Assembly (NCBI GenBank): GCA_050273025.1
Contig: CP158635.1
Coordinates: 14,942,001 to 15,006,000 of the forward strand
Length of the DNA stretch: 64,000 nt
Reading direction: 5' to 3'
Origin: Cenococcum geophilum
Lineage: Eukaryota
In this document: positions 28,103 to 43,200 of the stretch, piece after piece
Layout: every line of letters begins with the position of its first letter
How positions within the stretch are numbered: position 1 is the stretch's first letter
The notes under the pieces: model-generated
The model's database searches: none
What the model saw: only the letters and a program-made list of their open reading frames with translations
Told to the model about the DNA's origin: nothing
Translations under genes and position numbers: made by a program

Positions 28103-31100
28103 ACTATTTATCTTCTTTTTATCCTCTATATATATCTACCTTATAGACTAGTAGCTTAATATTCCTATATATTAGTTCTAGCATTATAATATACTATATA
28201 GGGTAGATCTTTATTTTAGCTGGTAGGTTTAACTTAAATATAATTAGTAAAATCCTTTATATAATTTTAAAAGGTCCTAGCCTAATATAGTTTAACTTTT
28301 TACTTAGTTATTAACTTTTAAAATTTTTATATAGTAGCTATACTTTATCCCCCTCCTTAAGATCTAGTCCCTTAGATCTCTTAGCGTTATAATACTTTTT
28401 AATTCTTTTTTATACCTTTTTCGCTAATTCCATAAGGTCTATATAAAGATTTATTAATATCTTTATTCTTTCTTTAACTATACTACTTATTTTCCTTACT
28501 TATTATAGTAACAATAATATTCTTAGCTTATATCTATAATTTGCCTTAAATAGTAATATGCCTATTCCTTTTTATAGTATTATATTATATATAAATTATA
28601 TAACTAGTAATAACAATACCTAATTATTCTATACATAATTAATATAATATCTTAGATACTATTCTAGCGTCTAATTTAATCGTTCTATTTAACCGTCTGT
28701 CTATAGATAATATACGGTAAAAGTTACTGCTTTAACTCCCTACTCTACTAAGAATACTTCCTAAAATACTACTATAAATCTTAGATCTCTATTTAATATA
28801 ATTTTACTTAATGCTCTATATCTTATAAATACTTCCTTAATATAGATTCTAGCGATATCTTTCGCTAAGATTTCTTCTATATATGCTATAAAGTAGCCCT
28901 ATTTAGTTAACTTGTCTACTATTACTAAGATTATATTATACTCTTATCCGGTAATAGAATCTCTTAACTTTAGTAACTTAATAATAAAGTCTTATAATAT
29001 AACCTCCTATAGTCTCTCTAGTATTTTAATAGGTTATAGCCCTCCGTATAGCTTATACCTTATTAGTTTATTTCTTTAGCAATTTAGATATTCCTTTATT
29101 ACTTTTCTAGCTATATCCTAAATTCTATTAATAATATATTCTTTCTAAAGTCTTAATACTAAGCCTGTTGCTCTATTATGTCCTTAAGTTATTCCCTTAT
29201 AGAAATCTTCCATAAAATACTCTGTAATGCTTTTTAGGATATACTTTACTTCTTAATTTTCGTATATATCTATCTATAGATCTTCTAGCTATACTTTTAG
29301 AATTTTTTATACCTAAAAGCTCTCTAGTGTTTTATAGACTCTTTTTAGTTTATTATCCTCTTAAGTTACTACTAGCTTAGGGTAATTATATCTAATAAAT
29401 CCGTCCTTATTTTTATGTAGTATTACTCCTAATAGCTTCTTATTATTTTATAGTTTAGCCTTTCTACTAAGTATATCTACTCTTATATTCTTAGTTCCTT
29501 TAATATACTAAATCTTAAAATAATATTCTGTAAGCATTTCTACCTATTTAACTTATCTATAATTAAGTTCTTTAGTTATTAGGAACCCCGTTAGGTTTTT
29601 ATAATCTATTTTAACTATAAATAGTTTCTCTATACCTTATAAGAATACTTTTTATTTTTTAAGTACTATAACTATACCTAATAATTCCTTATTATAGATA
29701 TTATAATTTAACTCTAATAGTGTTATCTTCTAACTATAGTATACTACTAGATGCTCTATGTTCTTATATTTTTATAGTAAATATACTTTTAGTGTAAAGT
29801 CTAATACATCCGTCTTTATAACTATGTCTAGTCCTAGTTAATAGATTTTAAGGATTAGCTCCTAAGTAAATAACTCTTTAAGTTTCTTAAACAACTTCTT
29901 TTACTTATCTCCCTATGCTTATAGTTCCTCTTTCTTTATAAGCCTGGTAAAAGGTTTAATATTCTTTAACCATTATGCTATAAACCTCCTATAGTAGTTA
30001 TAAAACCCTAGAAATGACCTTAACCGCGTTATATTCTCTAGTTCTTACTAACTTACTATAGCTTTAATTTTCTTTAGGTTTATACTAATATGACTTAGTT
30101 TAATAATAAATCTAATAAAATCTGTCTTCCTTATAAAGGACTTATATTTCTTAATTACTACTAGCATCTATTCTTCTTGTAGCCTCTTTAAAACCCATTT
30201 AACGTATTCCCCGTATTCTTCCTTAGTTATTAAGTAGATAATAATGTTATTAAGGTATACTATAATAAACTTATTAAGGTGTTCTTCTAATATACTATTA
30301 ATCCGTTTTTAAAATGTTGCTAGTGCATTTATTAATCTAAACTATATTACTAATAGTTTATATAGTCCTTCCTTTAATCTAAAAGCTGCCTTTTATTTAT
30401 CGCCTTCCTTAATTCTAATCTAATAGTACGCCTATCTTAGATTTATCTTTATAAAGATTTATATATTACTTATCCTATCTTAAATTTTACTAATTAAGGG
30501 TAAAGCATACCTATCCTTTTAAATAATGCTATTTAACTACCTATAGTTAATACATAGCCTAAGTTTTCCGTTTTTTTTTGGTACGAATAATACTGGATAT
30601 CCTACTAATAATTACAATAGTCTAATGTATCCTTTTTATAGGTTCTCTTAGACAAACTCTTTAAGTACTCTTAACTCTTCTTAAGTAAGCTTATAGGTTA
30701 GAAAAAACCTTAGGCTTATTCCTAGTTCTAACTCTATCTTATAATCCTATACTATATAATTTACTAGCTTTTTACTTTCTAAGCTCTATAGCTTTTTACT
30801 ATACTTATAGTATTTCTTTAGTATATAACTTAAGCCTTACTTAATCTCTTTATATATTGCTCTAACTTAGTACCATACTAACTTAGTCTGTTATTACATT
30901 TTACGGCGTTAAGTATCCCTAATATTAACCTATCCTATAATCTAATTAATTATTAGATTATATTCCTATAGCTAAGGTATTCCTAATACTGCCTTATCCC
31001 GTCCTAATAGTAGGATATTAAAAGATATCTTAATTCATCTCCCTTTAATGGTTATTTAAATAGGTCCTGTTTTAAGGTTAATAATGCCTCCTCTATAGGC

Positions 31101-33007
31101 TATTAGATCTCCTAAAATTATAACTAATAGGTAAGGCTGTTCCTTCTATCTATAAGGTAATCCTATTTTTTTTTACTGCTATTAGTAAGATATAGTTTCT
31201 TATTGCTCTACTATCTATTAGTGCTTTAAACTTCTAATCTTACTAATTAACTTATAAATTTAGGTATTGTCCTTAAATTCCTTTAAGGGTTTAAGGCTCT
31301 ACTACTAGCTCCCTCTGGTTCTGTAGGCCTCTACTTTTCCTAACTATTAGCTGTTTAATCCTTATATACTTAGCTTACTCTTTAGCTAATACCTAGTTTG
31401 CTTTTTATTCTCTATATACTATAGACATATATTCTCTAGGCATTCCTATTACTATTATCCGTCTAAGCATTCTTCTATAAGAAATCTTTTTAATTAAAGT
31501 ATTAAGTCTCCTAACTCCTAAACTTCTATTAGATACTAGCTGTGTATATACTTAGCATTTTTATACTATCGCTTATCTAGCGCCTAATATATCCTTATAG
31601 GGTACTTCTAATTTTTCTTTTTTAGATTCTTATGCATTTTGCATATATTATTTATATATGCAATCTATAATAGCGTATAGTATACTAGGTGCTTTAGGTT
31701 AACTCTTAACTCGTCTTTATCTTTAAGTTTAAACCTTTACTATGCTGATCTAAACGTTATAACTTTGTTTATAGGTACTAAGATATATCTCTTACTTCTC
31801 TAGTCCTCTAATTATTCCTTTAGATCCTTTAACGTTATAATTAAGGCTCCTTTAATATAAGTTATAGCCTTTTCTGTAATTAGGTGGTCCTAAATAACTC
31901 GTTTATCTAACCATATATAGAAATCTTCCTACTTATTATTGTGTCGTTGCCTATACCACTTTTAGTATAGCTATTAAAGTATATACGGCTTATCCGTAAA
32001 GAAGTATCTTCTTATTACTATATTATAATAGCCCTTTATATACTATTCCTTAAATATAGTTAGGATTCCTAGATCCTCTTTATCTTCTAGTTTAGTAAGC
32101 TACTTAGCTCTTAGCGTGCCTACCCTAGGCCTATTAGTAATCCTTTATATAGGCGCTTTGTCCCTTATATAACCTAGTATACTAAATCTCTAATCTAGTT
32201 TCTGTTCTTACTCTATAAGGATTCTCTATCTAAACTCCTCTATATTTTCTTTTGGTTTTTGCCTTATAAGTAGATTTTTAAAGTCTTCCCACTTCTTAAT
32301 CTTAGTTTATTTAATAGTCCTTATTCGCGTCTAAAAATCTTAGTCCTATAGGATTCTTAGTCCCAAGCTTGCTTCTATCTTAAGCTTAGCTTTAACCTTA
32401 GTTTAACTAGGCTTCTATAGTGTTCTTATCTTATCTTAAGAATCTTAAATCTTACTTATCTCGTCTTAAGAATCTTATACCTTTAGGAAACTTCGTCCTA
32501 AGCTTATTTTTATATTACTAAACTAAGCCGTTGCTCTACTCTATCGGTTATCGTCTATTATAGGTCCTTAAGCTTATTTTATCCCGTCTTAGGAATCTTA
32601 AGCCTATAGCCTTTTACCTTTATTAAGTGCCAAAGTGGTTTATTATTTTACTTCTCTTACGTCTTATAAAGCGATAGATATCATATCTAGTAGGGTTTTA
32701 ATCCCTACTAATATTCCTTATTCTATAGTGGAATTATCCTCTACCTCTTTTATAATATTTCTAAGGTCTATATACTTTTAGTAAGCTGCCTTTATTACCT
32801 TATTATTACTAAATATTTCGCCTATATTAAATTTATCGTCCTTAATGTCCGATCTGCGAACTAGTGTGTTAGTTCCTCTAAACTCTAATAATTTTAGCTC
32901 CTATAGCTAATAGCTTATGCCGTACTTAGCGTCCTTATAAATTTAGTATGCGTTATTATAATAAAATGCAAAACTTTTAATTAAACATTCTTTTGTTCCT
33001 TATAGTA

Positions 33008-33194
33008 TGTCACAGCACTGACCTGACACGTTGTTATAACTTAGTGTTGTTATAACACAAGTACAGACCTAACCCCTAAGCGACGTGTATATATATCGCC
33101 TCACCTCCTACATAGATCCTCACACGACATCGTTTGTCAATTATATACAGTCACCTCGTATATCGTACCTTGACAGTCGGCACGTACTGTAATA
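33008..33194. mobile_element. Solo LTR (187 bp) in the gag of copy B
   Basis: TGTCACAG...CTGTAATA termini; TSD TAGTA/CAGTA; absent at the equivalent site in A and C. Confidence 0.85.
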
Positions 33195-36100
33195 CAGTAT
33201 ACTATTATCCCTCTATATATATATATCTTCTGCTAGTCTCGTTCCTTTTACTATATAGTGACTTTAGCTACTCTTATAGTCTTTAATATAATAACCTTAT
33301 TTTCCGCAATTTATATAAGCTCTTTTTTAAAACTATTTTTCTTACTATAGAGTCTGCCTAAACGTCTTCTGCTATTAAGATCCCTAATTTAGCCTTTACT
33401 CCTTAGACCTTTAATTACTTAATCCTTATCCTCTAGGTTTTTATAGTTATTTATTTTATTTTCTATTTTCTCTAGTACTACTTAGGTCTATTAGCTCTGC
33501 GCCATACTATAGTTTCTAACTTTAACTTTGTTATTATATATTCTGCGCCTTATATAACTATAGAACTTTATTCTAACCCTTCTTAGTCTGCTCTCTTTAG
33601 TAGATCCTATTATCGATCTTAATTACTTAATTAATTAAATCCCTAAGAGTATCCGTATCTTCTGTTAGGATAATTACGTCCTAAACTTTTGCTTTAAGTT
33701 CTTGTCTGTACTATACTATAAGCGCTTTATTATTCTATTTAACCTATATTACTAATATTTAAAACTACGTTGTATACTTAATTGCTAAAGTTCTTTATAC
33801 TAGGTTTTAAAGTTTTTGTTCCGCCATAGTAGTTACCTTTAGGTCTCTAAATATTTATATTAAGCGCTCTACAAACCCGTTCCAGTTTAAGAATATATAT
33901 TATACCTCCTAGTTAGTAGTTGTTATGCCGTGCTTCTATACCTTTATAAGGTAAGATTTAAACTATTTAAGTGCCCTTCCCGTTAAAAATAATCCTACGT
34001 AAGCGACTTAATCTATAGGTGTCCCTAGTTTAACTCCTTCCTACGTAACCTTAAAGTGCATTTACGTAAGGAATCCCTTAAGTTTTAACTTCTCCCCTAA
34101 GAATCGCTCTATTAAGGGTAGCTTAGCCTTAACTACTCCAATTCTATTAATCCTTTCTTTAAATATTCTATTATTGTCTATTAATTAATTAACTATTTCT
34201 TATAGCTGTCTAACGGTAACTAGCTGCGAGTTAGTATCTATTATACTAGTGTCGTTACCTAATCCTAAGGTAGTTGCTGCCATTAATGCTGTCATAGCTA
34301 CTACTTTTAGTGGCATATTATTTAACTTTTGTTAATACTATAACCTTAGTAGTAAATATATAACAAAGCCTTATAGTAGGAACTACGGTAGACTTATTAA
34401 TAGGCTAGGTATATAGGTAAATAGGAAGTTAATAACGTAATAATAACTAGTGGAGTAGTTGCCTAATAGATTAACTCTAATTATATTCTAAGATTTACTA
34501 TAAGGAAAGAACTATCTTAGTAGGGACTGTGGTCCTTTAAATACACAACCGTACTCCTAAGAAATCCTCCTTATATGTGATGTACGTATAGTATATAAAG
34601 TACGTAAGTTCCTTACGTCCCTCTTATTTAGTACGTAGTATATTATATAATCTTAGCTACTATTCCTCGTTATATAGCTAGATTAGTTCTATTCTAAACC
34701 GTGCCTATATTAACTAACTAGCTTCCTCTAACTCCTCTCTTAGTAGTTGTAACATTGTACTTAAAGCGTCCGTAACAGGTTAGGTAAAGAACTATATCTT
34801 ATAATCCCTTCTCCCTAAAGCTCCAAATCTAGTTAACTATATATCTATAATCCGCAATTCCGTAGATCTTATACCCTTATTTAATTGGTTTCTTTGGCAT
34901 CTTATATATATGTAAGGACCTAAGGTAATTAGCGGGGTAATAAGAGGAAGGAAGAGAGACGTACCTGCTAAAGCACCGTACTATAAGCTCGTTAATACTC
35001 ACTTTGGAAGAAGGAGAGTAATACCGTTAAGAAGAAGCTTAAATAGATAAAGCAAGAGGTTTAACCTTATACCACCAAATCTTATTAGAAGGTAAGTAAT
35101 ACCTATTTCTTTTATTACTCTTAGGGCAAGAAATATAGTAATACCGCTTAATTTGCTTAAAGTGGTAGAGCGATATATAACTTAAAATCGAATATAAAGG
35201 ACCTTTATTAAAGTCTGTATTTCAATATATTTTAATTTAAGGCTTCTCGTGGACTCCTATATATATAATAGCGCCGAGAAATATATATAACTCCTTCACA
35301 AGCATATCCGTCCATTCTCGTGCCCTTTCCCCTACTATATGTGGTCTCTATATACTCGCGTATCGATTTATATTTGTGGTTATTGTTTAAAAAAGGTCGC
35401 GGGTAAAAAATAAGCTGAAATAGTCGAATGTGTATGGTTTTTAAGGAAAGGAAGTAGGTAAGAGTGCTTTTGCTATCTGTCTAGGCTCGCATTAAAAGGG
35501 CTCGTAGGAAACGCTGTAATTGGTCTAAGTTTAAGGAGTATATCCTTAAGAGACTGAGCTTTTTGCCTCTTGGATTGTGTAGGTAGGTTAGAAGTATCCT
35601 CCATTACTTAAACGCGTAATTGGAGGAGGACTACTAGACGCGTTTTTATTTAAATGATATAGATTACTAATAAATTTATATGCGAAGGTATATAATATTA
35701 TACTATGCTAGCCCCCTTTATTAGCGTAGACTATGTCTTACCAGACAAGGGGATAGGAAATATTATAACTATTATAGTAAAAAGATATATTATAAATTTT
35801 AAAAATAATATTACTAATATTGCTAATGGGGCCTAGGGCTAGCGTAAAGAAGTGTATATAAGTAGATCAGCGGATCTAGCTGAAATAACCCCGGGCTAGC
35901 CCCTACCACTCTCCCGTTTTCCTGACGAAATAGTATTAGAATTTAGAATAGATAAAGTTGATTCTATAATTCTTATAAAGGTTCTAAATAAGGAAGTTAT
36001 CTAGTAGGCTCTTATTAACTTAGTTATTGTATAAAACCTTTTATTCTAGATTATAGAGTAGGAAGAGTTCTATATCTTCTGTTAGGCTCTTAACCTAAAG

Positions 36101-36683
36101 TCGTCTAATTTAATAATAATAACGTATATAGAAATTTCTTAGATAATTACCTATTCCTTTTAGTTATAGAAAGATATTATATAAAAACGAGTTTAATTAG
36201 CATTAATAAGTATTTATCTTTTTATTAATATCTAAATATCTCTAAATAACTACCTTCTTCTTACAGTCTGCGCCTACTTTATTAATAGCTAGGAAAACTA
36301 GATAAAAGCTCTTCTTGCCCTTTGTATAGTACCTAGTTATAGTAAAGCTAAATAATAAAATACTCTTCTCTTAGTCCTAGAGGAGTATAGGATTATATAA
36401 AAGCTTAGAGCTATTATTGCAGATAATTCTATAATAAATAATATTCTTTATTATACAATCTATAAGTATCTTGCTAACAATAAGGATATTACCTAGGATC
36501 CTATCCAATAACGTATCCGCTACTAGGGGTATACTATTAATCTTACTATTTAGGCCTTCCTCTTTAAAGATACTCTTAAACTTAAGGCTATTAAGTTATA
36601 TAAAAGGAACAACGTAAGTAAAAAGGAGTAAAGTTATAAGGAAGAGATTAAGCAGAAATAGGCTTTTTAAGCAATATGCCTAC

Positions 36684-36894
36684 TGTTACGGAAGTGGGCA
36701 TAAGCTAGAATACAATGTACTAAACGGGGTAGTAATTAAAGAAGGCTACGTACGCGTAACTATGCGTGGTTAATATAAAGACATTTAAATACAGAAACAG
36801 AACAGGTTAGGTTAACGTGGTTAAAGAAATAGGGGTAGTTATAGGACGTGCGCAGGTGTTACGGGACGAACGTGCGCGGGTGACTCCTGTAACA
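36684..36894. mobile_element. Solo LTR (211 bp) in the hAT transposase
   Basis: TGTTAC...GTAACA termini; perfect TSD CCTAC at 36679-36683 and 36895-36899. Confidence 0.88.
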
Positions 36895-37279
36895 CCTACT
36901 TAGTAAGCTTTATAATATTATAGTATACTTTTATACCTTAGTAAGTTATATAAAGGAGTTTAAGACTTTAGTTAGAAGATAAGTTCCATTTAATAATTAT
37001 ATAAGATGGAATAGCTGGTATTAAATGCTAAGCGTCTTACTTAAGCACGAGTTAGGAATTGATAACTATATTAAGAGTAACTTTAATACGCTTAAGGAGG
37101 ATTATATCTTACTATAAGACTAGAAGCTTCTTTATACAATTTATACCTTTTTAAAGCTATTCTATTATATAATATTAAAGATATAAGGGGATTATATAAT
37201 ACTTAATTAAGTACTCTTTATAAAGATGTACTTATTAAATATATAGAGAACTCTCTTATATAACTCTTCTTCTAACTAC

Positions 37280-40200
37280 TATTACGGCACTAGCAGAACT
37301 GGTAGAACTTGGCAGAACTTCACACCGGCAAGTTGCCACAGATTGCCACAGATTGCCGTATATTGCGATCACGTGACGCGAAGATCTTATAAAACACCAA
37401 ACGGCGCTACTTTTCTTCTCCTTTCCTTTCCCTAGCTTTAGATTCTCGTTTATAGACAATCTAATTATATAGGCTTGCGCGACCCTTTTGCTGTGCTTAT
37501 ATCTCGATTAACTAAGTCGCTAACATTATCTAAAGCTCACTCTACTCTTTCTTCCTAAGAAGGAACTTAAATATATTTACAAGAACACAGAATAGGACCA
37601 CAAGGACAGGACCTAAAAGAAAAGAACAGAACCCTAAGAAAAGAACCCATAAGATACGCACAGACCAAAACCCCTAAAGAAATTACCCGGAATTACCTAA
37701 TACCCCTACCACCATGCCACGAACTACAGTAGCAGGTAAAGCAGCTGCAGGACCCTTAAATACTTTAGATGAAGAAATAATTAACGTTTTAACCCCCTAG
37801 GCGGAGCTTGCGGCTGCTAATGCCGAAATTAAACAACTTCGAGAGCTGCTTAAAGCCAGAGATACCCCTATATCCAATAATAAGTCATTATTAGATAACT
37901 AAAGACTTGCTATAGTCCTTTAGGCCCTATTCTAGCGCCTTAGTAGACCTACTAAGGCCTATATAGTACTAAAGCGGTCGGTAAAGGTTGCGAATTCCCT
38001 ACTACTTATAAACGGAACCAACCCTATATTTAATAATTGGAAGCTTTAATTATAGCATAAGCTTAAAGTTAATATAGACTACTTCCCTAACGCCTAAGCC
38101 AAAATAGCCTATATTTTCGGCTGTATTAGCGGAGACACCTAGACGTATTTACGCCCGCGATATACTAAAGACTTAACAAACCCCTTTATCTCCGAAAAAG
38201 AAATAATTAAATACTTATCTTCTATTTATAAAGACCCTTTTAAAGTATAGAACGCCTGCCTTAGCTATAAAAGCCTAAATATAAAAATAATAGAGACCTT
38301 TTCGGCCTTCTAAACCCGCTTTCTATACCTAGCCATATAGGCCTAGATTCCCCAGGAAAACCTACTACTAGACCTCTTTAATAAGCTTACCCTAGACCTA
38401 CAGCGGGCCGTATTACTAGCTTATACTACGGTATAGATGTTAAAGGAACTTATAAACTATTACCTAGCTATTAACTAAGGCCTCTATTAAATTAAGGTAC
38501 GCGCTAACTGGCTAAAAACTAGAAACCTTATAAACTAGGCCGTAAGTACTATAAGTATAGCCCGTAGTGCCCCGGTATAATTAGCAACTCCTATAGTTAA
38601 CCTAGCAGCTAACCGCGTAGCTACCCCTACTACGGGCCTAGTATACACCTGGCCTATATATAGCGACCCCTATATATAGGCCCTTAGCGATTAAGAAGCT
38701 TGCTTCTCGTGTGGTTAAATAGGCTACCCTATAAAGAACTACCTAATAAAGGTAAAGATAAATAAGGTCTTGTTAATTTAGGAGGATAGTATAAAGCTAG
38801 AAAAAAAGGAACTTTAGAGGAAGACTCCTCTCTAGGGTTAAAAGGGATTAATATATTATATATTAATCTAGGTTAGCTAGTTAGTAGAAGAAGCTACACT
38901 ATCCCTTATACTTTATTTCGCAATAAATATTAAGTTTTAACCTCTACTTTAGCTAACTTAGGAGTAAATACCTTTACCTTAATTAATACAAAGTGCGCTA
39001 TAAAACTGGCTAACTTTTTAAATATACCCCTTAAAGAACTGCCTAAACTAGTCCCTATTTGCGGTTATAACGAATGGATAGAACTACCTATTATAACTAT
39101 CTTATAGATCTACCTCCGCGTTAACGGATAAAGGTAGTATAATATCCCCTTCCTTATTATAGACCTTAGAAGCTATAATATAATCTTAAGAAAAAAATGG
39201 CTAGCCTATTTAGGCTTATAGCTTAATATACGGAATAGGCAGCTTATTTAGCCCAAAACTATACCCTTAACGCCTTCCTTTATAAAAGAGATTAGTATTA
39301 TAATAAAAAACCTTATAAGGCCGTAGATAAATACCATTTACTAGGCTAATGCAACGCGTAGGGACTAGGCTTTTAAGAAGGATATATAGCTTAATCTGTA
39401 ACAGATCTGTATACTACGCCGCCCCTAGACTGCCTATATTACACTACCCGCACCAGAGACTTAGGAAGTTAATAATAGCCTAGCTAAGTCCCTAATAGAG
39501 AACTTAGGCCCTACGCAGCTACAAAGAAAGGCTAGGGATATTAGATAATACACTAAACTAATAAACTAAAAGAACAACTTGCGGAAAATAGAATATAAGC
39601 TAAGGAAGACTATAAACCCTATACCACAAAATACGGCCTAATGAATATCCGTAAAAAAAACCTATAAACCTCCCACTAGTTAATATCTGCTATATTAGCG
39701 CTATAGGATTCTACTAAAACCTAGTTTAGCTTAATACCGTTACCTTTATAACTAGCTTATACAAAATTAATTAAATAATTAAAAAGAAAAAAGCCCTAGC
39801 CTAAGAGAAAGGCGAGCTTATAGATAAGGAGCTAGTAGAACAGAAACTACCTCATTAATATTAGAAATTTAAAAACACCTTCTCTAAAGCAGCGTCTAAT
39901 ATACTCCCGCCTTACCGACCGTATAACTATAAGATTAAAATTAAGCCGGATAAGGTAGTTACCCTTAGCTATAGCCCCCTCTAATAGCAATCTACTGCCG
40001 AATTATAGGCCATAAAGTAGTATCTTATTAATAACCTAGATAAGGGCTTAATTAAGCCTAATTAAGCCCCTTTTAACTCACCTATTCTCTTTACTAAAAA
40101 GCTAAATAGAGGACTTCGTTTCTATATTAACTACCATAAGCTTAATAATTTAACCTTTAAAGACCGCTACCCACTGCCTTTACTTAATAAGACTTTAGCC

Positions 40201-43200
40201 CAAATAAGTAGAGCTAAGATCTTTACAAAGCTTAATATCCGCTAGGCTTTTTACCAAATTAGAATAAACCCTAAATTAGAAAACCTTACTATGTTTCGGA
40301 CCCGTTACAGAATATACAAATATAAAATACTACCTTTTAAACTAACTAATGGACCGGCCATATACCAACGATATATAAATAACGTACTATTTAACTACCT
40401 TAATAACTTATATACAGCATACCTAGATAATATTATAATCTACTCTAAAAACGAACTAGAATATAAAGAGTATATCTATAAAGTCCTATAACGGCTTTGG
40501 GAAGCTAGCCTCTAAGCCAATATTAAGAAGTTAGAATTTAGTGTTAAGCGTATAAAGTACCTAGGGTATATTATTAGTATAAACAGGATTAAAGCAGATC
40601 TAGAAAAGACGGCTATAATTAACTAATAGGTACTCCTAAGGACCGTAAAGGGGGTATAGTTATTCTTAGGGTTCTATAACTTCTACTAACGCTTTATTAA
40701 AAACTACAGCAGGATTACCCGGCTACTAAGCCTACTTACCCACAAGGACCAGCCCTTTTACTTTAATACCGTATATAGGCAGGCCTTTAATAAGCTTAAG
40801 AAACGACTAGTCTCTGCTCCCTTACTCGCCCACTTTAACCTAAAATGGCCCTTAATACTAGAAACCAATGCCTTAGATAGTATTATAGCTAGCATTTACT
40901 TCTAAAAGCAGACAAACGGAGAATAGCACCCTATTGCTTACTATTTAAAGACTATAGTAGATACTAAGCTAAACTACCCAATTCACGATAAAAAAATGCT
41001 GGCTATTATCTCTAGCTTTTAGCACTGGCGAGCCTAACTAGAAGGCACCCCTAAGTCTATCTAGGTAGTTTCTAATTATAAGGCCTTAGAATATTTTATA
41101 ATAATAAAGGCCCTTACAGCCTAACAGGCGCGCTAGGCAGACACCCTATCTTAATTTAACTTCCTAATTATATATAGGCCAGGCGCCACCAACTATATAG
41201 ACGCTTTTATAAGGCGTAAATAGGATATAAATAACCAGACAGCTATAAAGATCTCATTACGGACCTAAGCGCTACTATAACTAGAGCACCTTAACTCCTA
41301 GATACGGGCAAAACTAAATACAGACTCTTTAGATGCTAAGATATACCCTATTAACTCCATAAAACTAAACCTTATTAATAAACTACTATAGGTAAACCGT
41401 ACGGCCCCTTCTCTACAGGAGTACCACGAAAAGGCAAAGAACGTTTCTAGCCCATAGTCCCTTAAAAGTGAACTACTTAAGCACCGCGAACGGCTAGTGG
41501 TAGTAGAGGAATAAAACTTATAGACTTAGCTTATTACCGAAGCATATGCCTAGGTCTCTACAGCCCACCCTAGAAAAAATAAGACCTATAAAATTATTAG
41601 CGACCGCTACTACTAGCCCGGAATAATTATAGATATTAACCGCTATATACAGAACTGCAATAACTACTATAGGTCCACAATTCCACAAGATAAAACCCTA
41701 GGACTATTAAAACCCCTTCTAATACCTAACCGCCCCTAGCAATATATCTCTATAGACTTTTATAAGCTACCTCTAGACCGTAACGGATATAATATAGTTA
41801 TAATCCTAGTTAACTACTTCAGTAAGCGCCCATTTTTAATTCCCTATCATAAGAATATTAACGCTAAAGAGGTAGCCTAACTATATATCCACTACGTCTA
41901 CCAAATTTACGGACTACTAGACACTATTATATCTAACTATAGGCCGCAGTTTATATTAGCCTTTTAGAATAAATTTACCTAGATCTTAGGTATTAGGCTA
42001 AAGCTTTCTACGGTATATTACCCCCAGACAGATAGTTAAATAGAGATTATAAATTAATACTTAGACCAAAGACTCCGGCCTTTTGTTAACTACTTCTAGG
42101 ATAACTAGGCTAAACTATTACCCTTAATAGACTACGCCTAAGCAACCTTACCCCACGACTCTACCGGATTTGCCCCTATTTAACTAGAAATGGGTTACCT
42201 ACCCCATATAAGCTTTAACTAGGAAAGACTAAAAGGGCCCCAGACCGTACGCGAAAAACTATCTCATAAGGAAGCCTAGTAGTACGCTAAGCGCTTAGAA
42301 GAAGCCTAGAAAGTAGCCTGTATAAACCTAAAAAAGGCCTAGAAATTAATAGAATAATAGGCAAATAAGCATAGGCGCGAGCCTAACTTTACTATAGGCG
42401 ATATAGTCTAGGTTATAACAAAGAACTAGAAGACAAAACGGCCTAGCTATAAGCTAAACTATAAAATAGCAGGACTATATAAGATTCTTAATAAAGTAGG
42501 CAACTCGTACAAGGTTAAGCTCCTAGACTTAATTAAAGTTTACCATATCTTCTTACCGGATAAGCTACGGAAAGCTATAAATAACCTATTACCCGGACAA
42601 AAAAATAAACCTCCCCTGCTAATTTAAGTTAATGGTAATAATAAATAGGAAATTAAAGAAATACTGGCCTATAAACTTATAAAGGGAACGTTAAAGTATT
42701 ATATTAGTTAGAAAGGATATAACCCAGACCCCACTTAGTACCCTATATAGAACTTTATAGGTAGTCCCTATAAGCTCTAGGAGTTCTATAGCCATTACCC
42801 TAATAAACCCAGACCACTAAAGTACCTAGATAAGTAGATAAAATGCTAGCATAACGAAGATAATAAGCTACTAGAAGAATATAAGGACAAAAACGCCCTA
42901 GAAATTTCTTAGTTATGTTAGGTGTTAAGATATCTAGGAACTTTAACCGGCAGTTAAAGTTGTCTAATTAGTTAGATTTTCTTGCTAAGACTTTTAGCGA
43001 CAAAGCCTAAGGGCAGGCTTTTTTAGAGGGGGGGGTAATGTTACGGCACTGGCAGAACTGGCAGAACTTGGTAGAACTTCGCACCGGCAAGTTGCCACAG
43101 ATTGCCACAGATTGCCGTATATTGCGATCACGTGACGCAAAGATCTTATAAAACACCGAACGGCGCTACTCTTCTTCTCCTTTCCTTTCCCTAGCTTTAG

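Larger units (their letters stand above)
13017..34777 (-). mobile_element. Ty3/Gypsy chromovirus, copy B (same family as A), interrupted by copy C and a solo LTR
   Basis: 419-bp LTRs 13017-13435 and 34359-34777; TSD GGTTA at 13012-13016 and 34778-34782; gag ATG at 34316; internal region is the reverse complement of A. Confidence 0.95.
4295..35240 (-). pseudogene. piggyBac-family transposase relic in three pieces (~35240-34778, 13016-12875, 4925-~4295)
   Basis: De-RIPed motifs SIDELMVRCFGR / KMPKKPIKQGYK (34850-35010, with an intron), IYMDNYFTSIPLF (12910-12950), YNQYMxGVDLANQFRE..WWPLFYWL (4480-4625). Frame is continuous across both LTR insertion sites after removing one TSD each. Confidence 0.85.
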
